DNA of 64,000 nt, taken from the NCBI GenBank assembly GCA_964016885.1, contig OZ024741.1, forward strand, positions 103,230,001 through 103,294,000, in the 5' to 3' direction. The notes under the pieces are model-generated. The model did no database searches, was not told the DNA's origin, and was given only the letters and a program-made list of their open reading frames with translations. How positions within the stretch are numbered: position 1 is the stretch's first letter; each line of letters begins with the position of its first letter. Made by a program: the position numbers and the translations under genes. Positions 11,504 through 23,859 of the stretch are shown piece by piece. Origin of the DNA: Eledone cirrhosa. Taxonomy: Eukaryota.

Positions 11504-13712
11504 AACTTCTCAGCCCAACAAATTAAAATTCTCTCCAAAGGACTGAAATTCACACCAACACCACAATACTCTAACCTAAATGAGATAAATGACGATATCT
11601 CACACTTCTGTAGAAAATTACGTCTCACATAGGAAGTTTTTGACAAGGAGAATAACGACCAATCAATTGTACCGAATAAAAGTAGCTACAGAGTTCTGGA
11701 CAAATTTTGTGACCACATGCCAACTTTCCCATACCATGAACTACCGCAACCTAGACCCAAACCCAACACGAGTCGAAGGGAATGGGAGATTATCCATGAA
11801 CTAAAAAACAATACTGACATTGTAATTAAGGAAGCGGACAAGGGAAGTACTGTCGTCATTATGGATGCTGAACAATATAAAAATTCCATGTTCTCTCTCT
11901 TACAAGATACTAACTACTATGAAAGAGTAAAAATCTACCAGCAATCAAAAACGATGACAAGATTAAACACATTCATTTGTCGATACCAGAAAGACTTAAC
12001 TAAAAAGGAACACGATTATTTAACACATTTTGAATACAAAACCAGCAACCTTTACGGACTTCCGAAGATCCACAAGTGTAAAATAATTAACGATGCCTGT
12101 AAAGAATCCACCTCAACCTGCGTGAATACACAATACCCCACTGACCTTAAATTAAGACCAATTGTAGCGGGCCCACAATGTGAAACACACAGGCTAAACA
12201 ACTTTATAGACATACTACTAAAACCAAATCTCAAACACATAACAAGCATTGTAAGAGACGATCTGGACCTCTTAAACCACATCCCTAAACATGTCAACAA
12301 CGACACTATTATTGTGTCTTTCGATGTAGTGAATCTCTACACAATGATCCCACACCAATACGTACTAGAAGCAATAGGATTATGGCTAGAGAATTATCCC
12401 AATGAGATACCTGACAGAATAGAAAAAAGCTTCATCACCGAGGGATTAAAATTTATTTTACAAAACAACTTTTTTGATTTTGATGGCAGTACTTACAAGC
12501 AAATATCGGGGACTGCAGTGGGTACAAAAGTCGCTCCAACTTATGCCAACTTAGTCATGGCATACTTGGAAGTCCAGATATATGAACACTCCAAATCAAA
12601 ATACGGATTGAACTTCCACAAATAGTTATCAGAGAATTGGAAACGCAACTTGGATGATTGTCTTATTCTTTGGTCTCACAGACTCGACCAACTAAATGAT
12701 TTTAAAAATTTAATTAACGGCATCAATAACCACATCCAATTCATAATGGAATACAGCCAAGATCAACTCCCATTTCTGGAGATCTTAATCAGAAAAAAGA
12801 CACAAATATTGAAACTGACATACACTACAATCCAACAGATTCCAAACAATACCTGCTATTCACCTCCAACCATCCAAAGCACACGAAGACGAACATCCCT
12901 TTTAACCTAGCATGAATAGTTTGCACAATTGTCTCTAATTATGAAATGCGAAATAAAAGACTTCAAGAATTAAAGGAAATTCTGCTCGAAAGACAGTACC
13001 CACCATTACTAATAAATAATGGAATAGAAAGGGCTAAAGCAATAGGCATTGATGAATTACGAAAACAGAAACAAATTCAAGGTACGTCCAATATTCTATC
13101 ATATATCTCAACACACAATCCAGGAAATGCGGAAGCTTACAACATTATTCACAAGAACATCCCACTATTGAAACTAATGACCCACTAAAGACTCAAGAAT
13201 GAAAAAATCCCTTGAAATACAAAATAATCAAAAGCAAAAGACAACTGAAATCACTAAAAACATTACTCACCAATGCCAAATTACCTACCACAAACCCACA
13301 ACCAACTATCAAAAAATGTGGTCGCTCTAATTGTGGAACCTGCACTCCCCTCATTGAAGGCAACATGTATACATTTCAATCAGGACAAAATTGTGTTGTA
13401 AAAAATCACTTCACTTGCTCATAAAAAAAATTACTTTATGCCATTAAATGTAAAGGATGCAATGAAGATTATATAAGACAAACTAAACTCACACTCAGAA
13501 ACAGAATGACAATTCCTCGCCACCAATTACGAGACCCTACCACAAGACAGATATCACTCAGTGCACGTCTAGACATATGCGTAAGTAATAAGACACCTAA
13601 ATTCCAAGTCTTTCCATTTTATCTTTGCGCTGACAATACAACAGAACAAATACGAATAAATAAGGAAAATATGCTTATTAAAAAATATAGACTAGCATTA
13701 AATATGGTTTAA
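11501..13712 (+). pseudogene. Neptune-like PLE RT + GIY-YIG ORF with stops and frameshifts
   Basis: LSKGLKFTPTP, KEADKGSTVV, LYGLPKIHK, LRPIVAG, SFDVVNLYT, QISGTAVGTKVAPTYANL, RNLDD, linker CGRSNCGTC, LLYAIKCKGC..YIRQT..R. Confidence 0.9.
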
Positions 13713-14872
13713 TATACATTATGTCAACACCATAACATGCTAACCATCCAAACAGACACATATACACACACATAACACCTTCTACTTTATAAATAAACCT
13801 TAACATACGTTAATACTCTAACACCTTAACATGCTAACCATACCCTCCCTCCCACACACACAACCCTCCCCCATTTCTACTAATAGAATCATCTTCCTAC
13901 ACACACACCCACACACACCAGCACACAAATAAACATACATATCACTACTTTCTTTATTTCAATAGAAAGTCTGAATTTTGACAGCCCAGCACATCAGCCA
14001 TACTCAATGAACCAGAACAATTCTACCCATCCCGTTTTTCTTGACCAATATCTTTTGTTTGGCACAAAATTCTCTAATTGGCTACAAAAGAAATTTCCAA
14101 ATACGGGCGCGAAATTTAATGCACTTGTTCACGTGACATTCATAATTTCATTTATAACCAATCAAATTACATTTCAACACATCAGCCATACTCACTGAAC
14201 CAGAACAATTTTCTCCATCCCTTTTTTCTTAACCATTATCTTTTGTTTGGCACAAAAATCTCAAAATGGCTACAAAAAAATTCCAAAATACGAGAGCAAA
14301 ATTTAATGTACTTGTTCACGTGAATTTTATATTTCATTTATAAGCAATCAAATTACATTTATAAAAAAAGCTTTCGTGAGCCACTTTTTTTAAATAAAAA
14401 GAAATTCAAACACAAACTGGCGCGAACGCTGATAAGCTTATTCACGTGACTGCATCAACCAACCAAATTTCACTCATATATGAAAAAAACAATCTGAGCC
14501 CCCCCCCCCTTTTTTTAAGGCAAATATAGTAAGAACTTTGTAACGCGAACTGGCGCGAAATTTATTATACTTATTCACATGACAGTCATCAACCTACCAA
14601 ATTACTTTTCTAAAAACCTACCATTTCGAGCCACTTTTTTCTATATAAAACAGAAGTAACATTCGAACACCAACCAGATGCGAGAAAAACCACAAACCCT
14701 CCATCTCAACTCTACTTTTGAAAAGCACAAGAACTGCGAAACCGGTAAAGGAACCAAATAAATATATTTTTTTTAAAAAGACTCCATTTGCATTTTCGAT
14801 TTCATCTTTTTTCCTTATACTTTGACTCGTGTAGGACACCACGTATTTTTCCATTTTGTAAAAAACCCTCAC
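13713..14872 (+). mobile_element. 3' UTR of the Neptune-like PLE, with internal tandem duplication and terminal HHR
   Basis: About 13990-14180 is repeated at about 14178-14365. Related sequence lies at 50283-50545 and 51420-51710 (-). Ends at (TA)n. Confidence 0.7.
14715..14750 (+). ncRNA. Minimal hammerhead, U3-A8 core, palindromic stem III
   Basis: CTT-TTGAAAA-GCA.caagaac.TGC-GAAA-CCGG-TA-AAG. Confidence 0.68.
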
Positions 14873-14891
14873 TTTCTAATATATATATATA

Positions 14892-15215
14892 TAAGGAGAA
14901 AATTTACCGATACCAGGATTTAAAGTGGGAATTAAAAAGGATTTGGAACTGCCATGAAATCAAGGTCGTCCCGATTGTCAAGGGCGCACTAGGTACTATC
15001 TCAAAGAGTTTCCAAGGATGGTTAAAGAAGATTAGACCAGCCCGCTCTTTGGAACACTTCAAAAGGCATGCTTGCTGGGAACAGCAAGAACCCTCCGATA
15101 CGTCTTGAATATCTGAGACTGCAGGTAGCGGCTTGATATTCATTTCAACAAACTTTCCAGTTAAATAACATCAATGACTGAGACTCAAAGAACAATAATA
15201 ATAATAATAATAATA
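14892..15215 (+). mobile_element. 3' fragment of an R4/Dong-like LINE (REL endonuclease tail) with (AAT)n tail
   Basis: KEKIYRYQDLKWELKRIWNCHEIKVVPIVKGALGTI..., then ACLLGTARTLRYVL in another frame; ends in AATAATAAT. Confidence 0.75.
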
Positions 15216-15330
15216 ATTGTTTATACTTTTGGCACAAGGCCAGCAATTACCCAGTACATTACTGGTACTTTATTTTATCAACCCCGTAAGGATGAAAGGC
15301 AAAGTTGACCTCGGCGGGATTTGAACTCAG
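15216..15330 (-). mobile_element. Octopus-type SINE family 1 fragment
   Basis: GGCACAAGGCCAGCAATT...GGATGAAAGGCAAAGTTGACCTCGGCGGGATTTGAACTCAG. Confidence 0.8.
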
Positions 15331-15640
15331 AATAATAATAATAATAATAATAATGATAATAATGATTTCATTTATCGGCCACAAGGGCCGACATGTAGAG
15401 TACAATACAAAGACACAGACAGTGGGGGTTTACAATAAAGTCGAATAAAAGTGCGCAATGGCAAGACTAATTTAACAATGAAGATATAAAACTAGGAAAT
15501 AGAAAACCTTTTTCGCTCTACATGGCTGAATACAATAAATGTAATCTGATCAGCCAGTCTGCTAATATGCAAATCAGGCCGATCAGTCACTGTATTTTTG
15601 AAAATAGCATATATTTTCACTAGCTCTGACAGTTTGGCAG

Positions 15641-15706
15641 GTGAACAGTGAGCTGTACTGATGAAGGGTGATACCCAGAAATATTAGTATCTGCAGTTCT
15701 GTTCAC
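15641..15706 (+). ncRNA. Type I hammerhead with canonical core and long stem I
   Basis: GTGAACAG.t.GAGCTGTA-CTGATGA-a-GGGT.gat.ACCC-a-GAAA-TA.ttag.TA-TC-TGCAGTTC.TGTTCAC. The sister copy at 20659-20682 (-) shows stem III covariation (CA..TG). Confidence 0.8.
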
Positions 15707-15984
15707 ATGCCAACATAAGAGCAAGAATGTAGGGTTCATTCTACTGACATGGCTATACAATTGAGGCTTCTTTGCATAATTGCAAACGAATCGAATATTA
15801 TTATTAATATTCGAAAAACTCAGATTACAAAATACAAAATAAACTATGCATAAATATAACAAAATAGATTCCCCTATAGGGGGTGGACGACCCAGGAGTG
15901 ACTCAGGTACCCCACCAATCCTGAACCACCCTGCACTTCTAGGGCACCCAGTGAGAGCACCCCTCTCCTCAGATTAGCTAGCCT

Positions 15985-18900
15985 ATAGGCGCATGGTCAG
16001 AGTAGGCCCATTCACACGGACCAATCTTGCCACATTCATCTACCTTTTAGCAAATGTACTGGGGGCAGCACTTATCTCTCCACCCTCACCTTCCTTTCCA
16101 GGTGAAACTTTAAGAAGTTGACGAGGGATTGGCCGAAGAGAAAAGTGTCTGTCTTCAGTCCTTTCAATCTGGTCCACCATATAACCTCTTTCACAACGGC
16201 CACCAGACAGAGGAAAATTGCCTGCTCTTCCTGGCCAAAGGAAGGCGGAGGGTCGATATCCACTATGGACTCGGCCGATAGCCGGATCCGTTCTACACGC
16301 GACATTAGCTGTTCGACATAACTCCACAAGTCAGTAATGCACGGATATTGGACAAGTGCGTGCAGAACGGTTTCGTCGCTCTGTGCGCATCTCGGACAGG
16401 TCCGTCTGACAACACTTTCGTGCCTGTAGAGTTTATCCCAAACCGGCAGTGTCCGGTAGCACTGCCAAGCAAGGGATTTCTGGAAATTGTCCATCGTCCC
16501 CGGCTCGAAAGTCCTCCAGCATAGACTGGTCAGTTCGACCTCGTCGAAGCCCAAAGCTTCTCCGAGTTCGTCATCGCACTTGCCCACCACTAATACTCTA
16601 TAGAACTCGAGAGTGGAAGTTCCACTGATCGCATTGCCTGCTTGGTAGAGGGCAGTGAGTGCCTGGCAACATTCCAGGTGCCAGTCACCCAGTCTCTTCT
16701 TGACTCAGGACTGCAGCTCAGTCAAAGAAACGAGCTGCGAACAGGCCCGTCTGATAAACGGCGACCACATCTGTTCACCGTTTAGCAGAATATCTGGAGA
16801 TGTCGCAGCCTAAGCGCATGTCTGCGCATCATTAGCCATGGCATGCCCAGCCCATCGCGTAGAGGCTACTGGCAGTAGATGGACCGCCTCACCAACGGAA
16901 TTTGTTCTCTCCACAAGAATTTAAAGAGGAGCAGTTCCAACTTGGCGAGCTGCGGACGTGGGGCAAGACACGGCGGTCAGGCGGTAGTAGATGACGGACG
17001 CGATGTACGCATCCGCCACCTCTGCGCGACCTTTCAATGATAGCTTCCTCGCAGCCCATTTTTGGGTGAGACTGGCTACCCTGCTCGTTACCTCGTCCCA
17101 ATTCTTTTCCACCTGGAGGTCTGGTCCGAACCAAACCCCGAGCAATTTTACTGGTCCGTCCGTCCAGCGCCCCACGACGCTTTTGGACGGCATGGACATG
17201 CCTCTCCAGGTTCCGAGCTGCAAGCCCACCGACTTTTCCGGGTTAAGTTTGGCTTCTGTTAACATTTCATATTCCTTCAATAAGGTGCCGACCACCTCGA
17301 TTTCTGAGGTGTCTGACACCATCACGGTGATGTCGTCCGCATAAGCCTACACAGCCTTTCCACGTCCCGGTTCGAACGGGATACCCTGCAACTGCTCCAG
17401 CTTCCGCAGTAAAGGCTCGAGAGTCAATATGTACAGAAAGGAAGAGAGAGGGCACCCTTGACGGACCGATCGGGAGAGCAGAAACGGTTCCGAGAGGTGG
17501 CCATTAACCTTGACCTCCGAGCAGGTACCGCTGTGCATTGTAACGATTCAGCTTCTGAAGACAGGGCCTAAGCCAGCTGCTTTGAGGACAGCCTCCAGAT
17601 ACCGATGCCGCTGTGCATTGCCGCTGATCATGGGACCGAAGCCAGCTGCCTTAAGGACAGCCTTCAGATACCGATGGTCGACCCTATCGAATACTTTCGA
17701 TTGATCTAAATTGATCAGTGCCCCACCGAAGCCAGGTTTACACCCTACCCTCTCTATGATGTATCGCATGAGGTGGAGGTTGTCGTGTATGGACCTGGCT
17801 GGGATTGCACAAGTTTGCGCCTCCCCAACCAAATCCTCGACTACAAGCGCCAATCTCTTTGCGAACACCTTGGCCAAAATTTTAAACTCTGTGTTGAGCA
17901 GAGTTATGGGCCTGAAGTTGTCTAATGTATCCCCCTTGTTCTCGTCTTTCCTTATCAGCGTCACCATTCCCCTGTTCACAGAACTGGGAATACTCCCATA
18001 CTGCTGCCAGTTGCAGTAGAGCGCTTCGAGGAGATCGGATAACTAGTCTGGCATATTTACGCAAAGCTCGTAGGGCAGGCCATCCAAACTAGGTGACTTA
18101 CGCCTCATGCAACCGACAAGCGCGTCCTGAATTTCGGCTGAAGTAATCGGTCTTTCGCAGCGCTCAGCGTCGATCGTCGAGATGCGCGGCAAGTCGTCAA
18201 GGTAGGGACTGAAATCTGCTACTGTCTCTGACCCACCACTCTCCCCGAACAACCGAGCAAAGTGCTGGCGAAAGGCCTCACAGATCCGCTTGGAATCGCT
18301 TATCTCATGTCCGTCTCGGTCCGCCAAAGACCGAATTGTGTTTTTATTACCACGCTGCGCCTCCGCCACACGGGTCCATCGAACAACTTTGGTTCCCTCG
18401 ATACTCAGCGCACGCGCCTTAGCTCTGACAATGCAACCTTCGTGTTTCGCATTGAAGAAATGGACTAATGCCATTCTCGCCGCTAGCACATCAGTTGCAA
18501 TGCCACTACAAATAGCCTCGTCTAACTTATCTACCAGCTCTCCCTCCTTTCTATTTTTCTCTAGCGCTAGTTCTTTGCTGAACTCTATCGAAGTTAGTTT
18601 AATCTCTCTTTTGAGAGCCCCCCACCATCTGTTGTTGATGATCCCCCCTGTCAAATTTTGCTTAACTAAATTGTTGACTCGGTCCGTAAGCCTTACGTAC
18701 TGGAAATGACATGTTCAGCTTCCAGTAACCCGGTCCCAACCTACGCGTTTTATCTAGGTCGACTATACAGCTTACAAATTTGTGATCTGAATAGGCTACC
18801 GCTTTATAAAATGGGCAGCCTACACTATTTCTATCTATTTTCCTAATGAAGATCCTGTCTATATACGATCTAGAAGACCCTATGCGGTTGGTCCACGTCC

Positions 18901-19462
18901 ACACTGGCGCATTGGGGAAATCTAGTCGATACCTGTCAGACAGTTGGAACTGGCTGATTAGGTGCTTAAGGCTTTTGCACCCCCCGCTCCTATCAGCTAC
19001 TCCCACACAATCCCAGCGTGCGTCTAAGATGCCGTTCCAGTCCCCTGCTAACAGTAAAGGGCGAAACGTACCCAGAAAGGTTTCCAGGCGCCTAAAGAAG
19101 TCCGGTCGTCCGGCCCCAGTAGGAGCGTAGACGGCCAGCAGTCTAAAGACATCACCTTTGGTACTGCTCACATCCAGGACCACCAGCTTACCGTCCGGGT
19201 CCCGGAAGATCGACCTTACTTCGAGATCCAGGCCTTTCCTAAACAGCACTTCCACCCCACCTCCCATTCCCGGCCTGCTAACAGATGCGAAAATCTGATA
19301 GTCGTCGAAAATGGGGGCTAGTGCGCGCGTGCCGGAAATCCTGGTCTTGCTGACGGCAATCACATCCATTTCCAGAGACCTGAGGTCGTTGAGCAGGCGA
19401 CCCTGCTTCCAGGGTGACCTCAGGCCATGAACATTTAAACTACCTACTCTTAATATGGCCAT
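15985..19462 (-). pseudogene. LINE ORF2 (APE endonuclease, RT, C-terminal zinc finger), multiply frameshifted
   Basis: SLNVHGL, AGDWN, YIDRIF, YSDHK, GPGYWKLN; FRPITLLNTEFKILAK, LDQSKVFDRVDH, VRQGCPLS, AYADDITV; CPRCAQSDETVLHAL. Confidence 0.93.
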
Positions 19463-19491
19463 GTTGGCAAGCTAAGAGAGAGAGGGAAGGT

Positions 19492-20500
19492 TTACTTACC
19501 TCCGGGGGTCTTGTGAAGGTCGGGTGGTTCGACCTCCATGGTTGTTGAGGTTTCTTTTGGGAACCCCTTTAAATGTCTCGATGTGGGTTTCATGTTCGGG
19601 GGTCCCACGTCTTGAGGAAAGCTCTCTCGAATTTCTTTGTAGGAATAGAGCGACATTCGTACCAGAAACAAATCTTCTGGCACGCAAAATGTACTCAATT
19701 CAAAGATCTCCCCCTCTGTTTGAATGTCCTGGCCCATCAATTTATCGTTTACCCTTCTGACAAGGACGAAGTTTTTAATGTTTTGTTGGTGTGGTTTTAT
19801 TTGTTTTCGTTTTGGTGACTGTGGTGGTGATTGTTTTCGTGGTGTTGTTTCGGGTATGTCTGTGTTTGTTGTAGGTGTGGTGTCTGCAATTTCAGGTGTC
19901 TGTGTGTTTATTTGTTCTTCTGTTTGTTTAGTTTGTTTGCGTTTCGGGAATTGTAGGGGTGGTGTTGATGTTGATGCTGGGGTTGATGTTATTGGGGGAA
20001 GTGTTTGCGTTAGAGGTGTCTGTATTTGTTGTTGTGTATGTTTTTGTTTTGTTGGGGCTTTATTTTTTTTTTTGGTGAGTTTTCTCTTTTGTTTTTTTGG
20101 CACTTTGGGGTTTTCCTTCAGCTTCACTGCTGGAAGACAAGGGGTCTGTGGCTGTAAGTGTATCTGTGTCCGTGTGCGCATTTATGGTTTTGTCTATGTG
20201 TATTATTGGAGGAGTAGGGGGAGTGGGAGAGCTTTCCTCGTTTTCCCCTTGGATTGGTTTCAGTGCAGGTGGTAGTCTGGCTGTTTTTGATATTGGTGGG
20301 GTTACCCGTGTCATTGTTGGTGTTGTTTTTGGTGGTGGTGATGCAGCTTTCCGTGCTGAGACTGGCGTTGGCAACAAAGGAGATTTGCGACCACCTGCAT
20401 TTTTGAGCTGAGGGCAGAAGGCTTGCATATGTGTTTTCTGCGCAGACGAAGCAGTGCGGCTCCTCTTCCCTCAGTGATTAATTAGATTGTTGTCCCGTCC
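19492..20500 (-). pseudogene. LINE ORF1 remnant (gag-like CCHC knuckle plus P/T/K/Q-rich tail)
   Basis: PHCFVC / KTHMQAFC across a frameshift near 20440; lies directly upstream of ORF2. Confidence 0.7.
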
Positions 20501-20506
20501 TTCGCC

Positions 20507-20761
20507 CTACATGGCTAAATACAATAAATGTAATCTGAGTTTTTCGAATATCAATGATAATATTCGATTCGTTTGCAATTATGCAAACAAGCCTCATTTT
20601 TAAAGCCATGTCAGTAGAATGAGCCCCTCATCCTTGCTCTTATGCTGGCATGTAAACAGAACTGCAGACACTAATGTTTCTGTATATTTTCGAAAATATA
20701 TATGTTCACTAGCTCTGACAGTTGGCAGGTGAACAGTGAACTGTACTGATGAAGGGTGATA
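20507..20761. mobile_element. Rearranged second copy of the HHR-bearing repeat at 15515-15830
   Basis: About 20537-20682 is the reverse complement of about 15676-15825, and about 20681-20761 is a direct copy of about 15590-15673. The HHR is split across strands. Confidence 0.75.
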
Positions 20762-20853
20762 CGATCGTGCATACGCTCGTACAACGATGAACAATGAAGT
20801 AATTAAGCACTAAACCTCGCTTTTTATTTTCATTTTTCAACACACACACACGT

Positions 20854-20979
<126 letters not shown>

Positions 20980-20982
20980 CAA

Positions 20983-21069
<87 letters not shown>

Positions 21070-21113
21070 GTTCCGCTGCAACACTGATACTTCGTTTTCC
21101 ATATATATATACA

Positions 21114-21775
21114 CTAGCAGTAAAGCCCGGCGTTGCTCGGGGTCGCTCAGTAGCTGTGTTAAAGTTACAATGTTAAGTTTCTTTTTTGGCTTAAAGTCTG
21201 TCTGCACGACTGTCTGTCTGCACGCCTAACGAAATTTACAGATACATATATTTTAAATAAACTTATATAATTTTTTGCTTTTTTTTACGAAATATTTGCT
21301 TGTTTTACGTAGTCTTTAAATAGACTTGTTTTCAAGTAAAAATATTGTTTTAAAAGACTTTTAAATGGAAATGAAGCAAAACGGAAGCTTAGTGTTCGAA
21401 CTGATGAATTTTGCAGGTCAAAATTTTGCTGGCTCGACAACTGCTCGTGTATTGTGTTAATGTCATTTTAAACGCTGAGAAAGCCAGCGTATTTTTTTTT
21501 TATTTTTGCACGCAGAAAATGTAAACAGAACGTAAGACGCTCAATGTAAACAGAACAAAGGGAAATAACTCGTCACTTACGCTCAAAAATCGATACATTA
21601 GATTCGATTTCGTCACATAGGGTGGGTCAATTTGAAATTTCTTTTTTCCGATGTCTTCGCTAGGGCTCAATGTACAAGTATAGCAATTTCGGTGCAATTC
21701 CGTCAGAGATTCTAAGAGGAGATGTGTGCCAAAAATCGATAGACAGACAGACAACCACAGCTTTATATATATAGA
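21114..21775 (-). mobile_element. Non-autonomous Helitron
   Basis: Minus strand: A|TCTATATATATAAAGC...(TGTC)n ... CCCG.agcaacgc.CGGG hairpin ... CTAG|T. It has 5' TC, 3' CTRR, a subterminal hairpin, an AT target and no TSD. Confidence 0.8.
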
Positions 21776-21776
21776 T

Positions 21777-22012
21777 TACATAAGAAACGGAGAATCAGTG
21801 TTGCGATGAATAAAGTTTATTAGACATATTACAATCAATTCTCTGGCGACCAGCTCGGGGCACGATCGATGTAATGATCGAACCTGACTCTGAAATCGCA
21901 AGGTCCTCAGATACGTCTCGATTCTACGAATCGAGACGTATAGAATCGAGACGATTGTAATATGTCTAATAAATTTTAATTCGTCGCACCACTGATTCTC
22001 CGTTTCTTATGT
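21777..22012. mobile_element. Small fold-back PLE tip with degenerate HHR (21825-21915, -)
   Basis: Arms 21777-21836 and 21952-22012 are inverted. Minus strand: CGTAT-CTGAGGA-long stem II-GAAt-TGATTG-TA-ATATG. Internal hairpin at 21911-21940. Confidence 0.6.
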
Positions 22013-22090
22013 GATATTATACTCTGCTCTGTAAGAGCATAAAGTGCTCAAACGGCCTACCGCTTACGGACGCTTTAAGCATCCCACACC

Positions 22091-22177
<87 letters not shown>

Positions 22178-22635
22178 TCAGTTTAATAAAGGATGTAGAA
22201 TGGCTAGCTAAATGAATAAAGATGTGTTAAAGAGAGGAGTGGGCGTGAGATTTATTTAAAGAAGAAAGAAAGAAGTGTTTGCAGATTTTAAAGAACTAAA
22301 TGGGAACAAGGTAAGTTGCTAGGAGACTGCAGCAGCAACAGCGACAACAATATGGCAGTGTTGTTGTTGAGTGGTGGTGGTGGTGGTGGTGAAGTTGTTT
22401 TTTGTTTTTCGTGGTGCTGGTAATGAAGGTGGTGTTTGGGTTGGTGTTACTGGTTATGTTGGTGGTATTAGTATAGGAGGAGGAGGAGGAGGAGGAGGAT
22501 GTCAGTGGTGCACGTGGGGTATTACACGGGCAACATGTGAGTTAGTGCAATCGAAAGTGGACTACACATGTGTCATTTCTATATATATCACACGTGTATG
22601 TATGTATGTATGTATGTATGTATGTATGTATGTAT

Positions 22636-23652
22636 GTTCTTCTGGTTTTATAATTTCACAAAGTTTTACCAATAGAGAGAGAGTCGGTTTCTAACATAGA
22701 CATAAGACTCTCTCATTGGAATTTACACACCATCAACTACGTAGATATGTAAGCATGTCTGCATGCATGTGTAGATATGGATGTTATTGTATGTGTGGAT
22801 GTGTATGTTTTGAGTTGTATGTGTGCATGTGTATATGCTTAGTATCTGTACATGTGTATATGCAGTTATTAGATGCAAAACTTTTGGAATATTTTACATA
22901 TTTTTACTGTTCCATTAATGGATTGTACTTGTAATTCCTAACTAGTTGTGTTCTTTCTGTTCCTGTGAAGCCTAGCTTCTCAAAATTTGTATTCAGGCAG
23001 TTACTAACATATCCCAGTGCCCCAATAACCACAGGCATAAATCTGAAGGTATAATCAGGGTGGAGTATCTGCAGATTTCTCATCAGTTCTGCATAAATAT
23101 TCTCCTTTTCACTAATCTTTGATATTATATTGGCATCTGTTGGGCAGCTAACTTTCATTACTGTGTATGCCTTCTTTTCCCTGTCCCATATCATAATATC
23201 TGGTCTGTTATGCTTGCATTTTATTGGGGTTTTTACTGGAACATTCCACCAGTACTCTTTCATATTATGTATATGTATGTCTTCCACATTGCTGTAGCTT
23301 TTAATGTATTTATTATCGGGGCTATCTTTTCTACGGATTGCATTGTACAGTGTTTTGGCCACTACATCATGCCTCATAGGTAGATAGTACCGCGATGACA
23401 TCTTTGGACAGCTGCTTATGACATGGGTGACATCTTCGATATTAATTCTGCAGAGTCTGCACTTGTTATCACATCTAGATGTTTTGCCTGCATCCCTATC
23501 TCTTTTGTGAATCAGGTATTTCGTGTTAATATCCTGTCCTTGGATTGCAAAAGCGTATCCTTCAAAGTGGGAGCCAATATAGCGGTTGTTGGTCCAAGAT
23601 AGACTACTTTCTTTATCTATATTGCTCTCACTCTGGAGCTTCCTGGCAACAT
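22636..23652 (-). mobile_element. 5'-truncated R4/Dong-like LINE (CCHC + REL endonuclease + 3' UTR) flanked by (TATG)n
   Basis: CRLCRINIEDVTHVISSCP, RHDVVAK, RPDIMIWD, PVVIGALG; close copy of 61940-62955. Confidence 0.9.
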
Positions 23653-23859
23653 GTGTATGTATGTATGTATGTATGTATGTATGTATGTACACACACACAT
23701 ATATATATATATATTACCGTCATTACTGATACAAGATTACCAGATTATGTCAACTGTTGACTTTCAAGAGTTTGTATAGTTGAAGCCGATCGTATTACAG
23801 TCCAGTATTACTATAATTGCTTTACAGCATAGAGTTATGGCTCTCCACGGAGTCAACAA

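Larger units (their letters stand above)
15865..20505 (-). mobile_element. Tx1/L1-clade LINE, decayed, lacking the 5' part of ORF1
   Basis: ORF1 remnant followed by APE-RT-zinc finger ORF2. The 3' UTR may continue at 15331-15515. Confidence 0.92.

Noticed and set aside
11501-13712. In-frame stops as selenocysteine recoding (as in Naiad PLEs)
   Set aside because: The stops include TAG and TAA and come with frameshifts, and the EN is C-terminal. This is ordinary decay.
19724-20275. 183 aa Cys/Val/Phe-rich plus-strand ORF
   Set aside because: It is the antisense shadow of the A/C-rich LINE ORF1.
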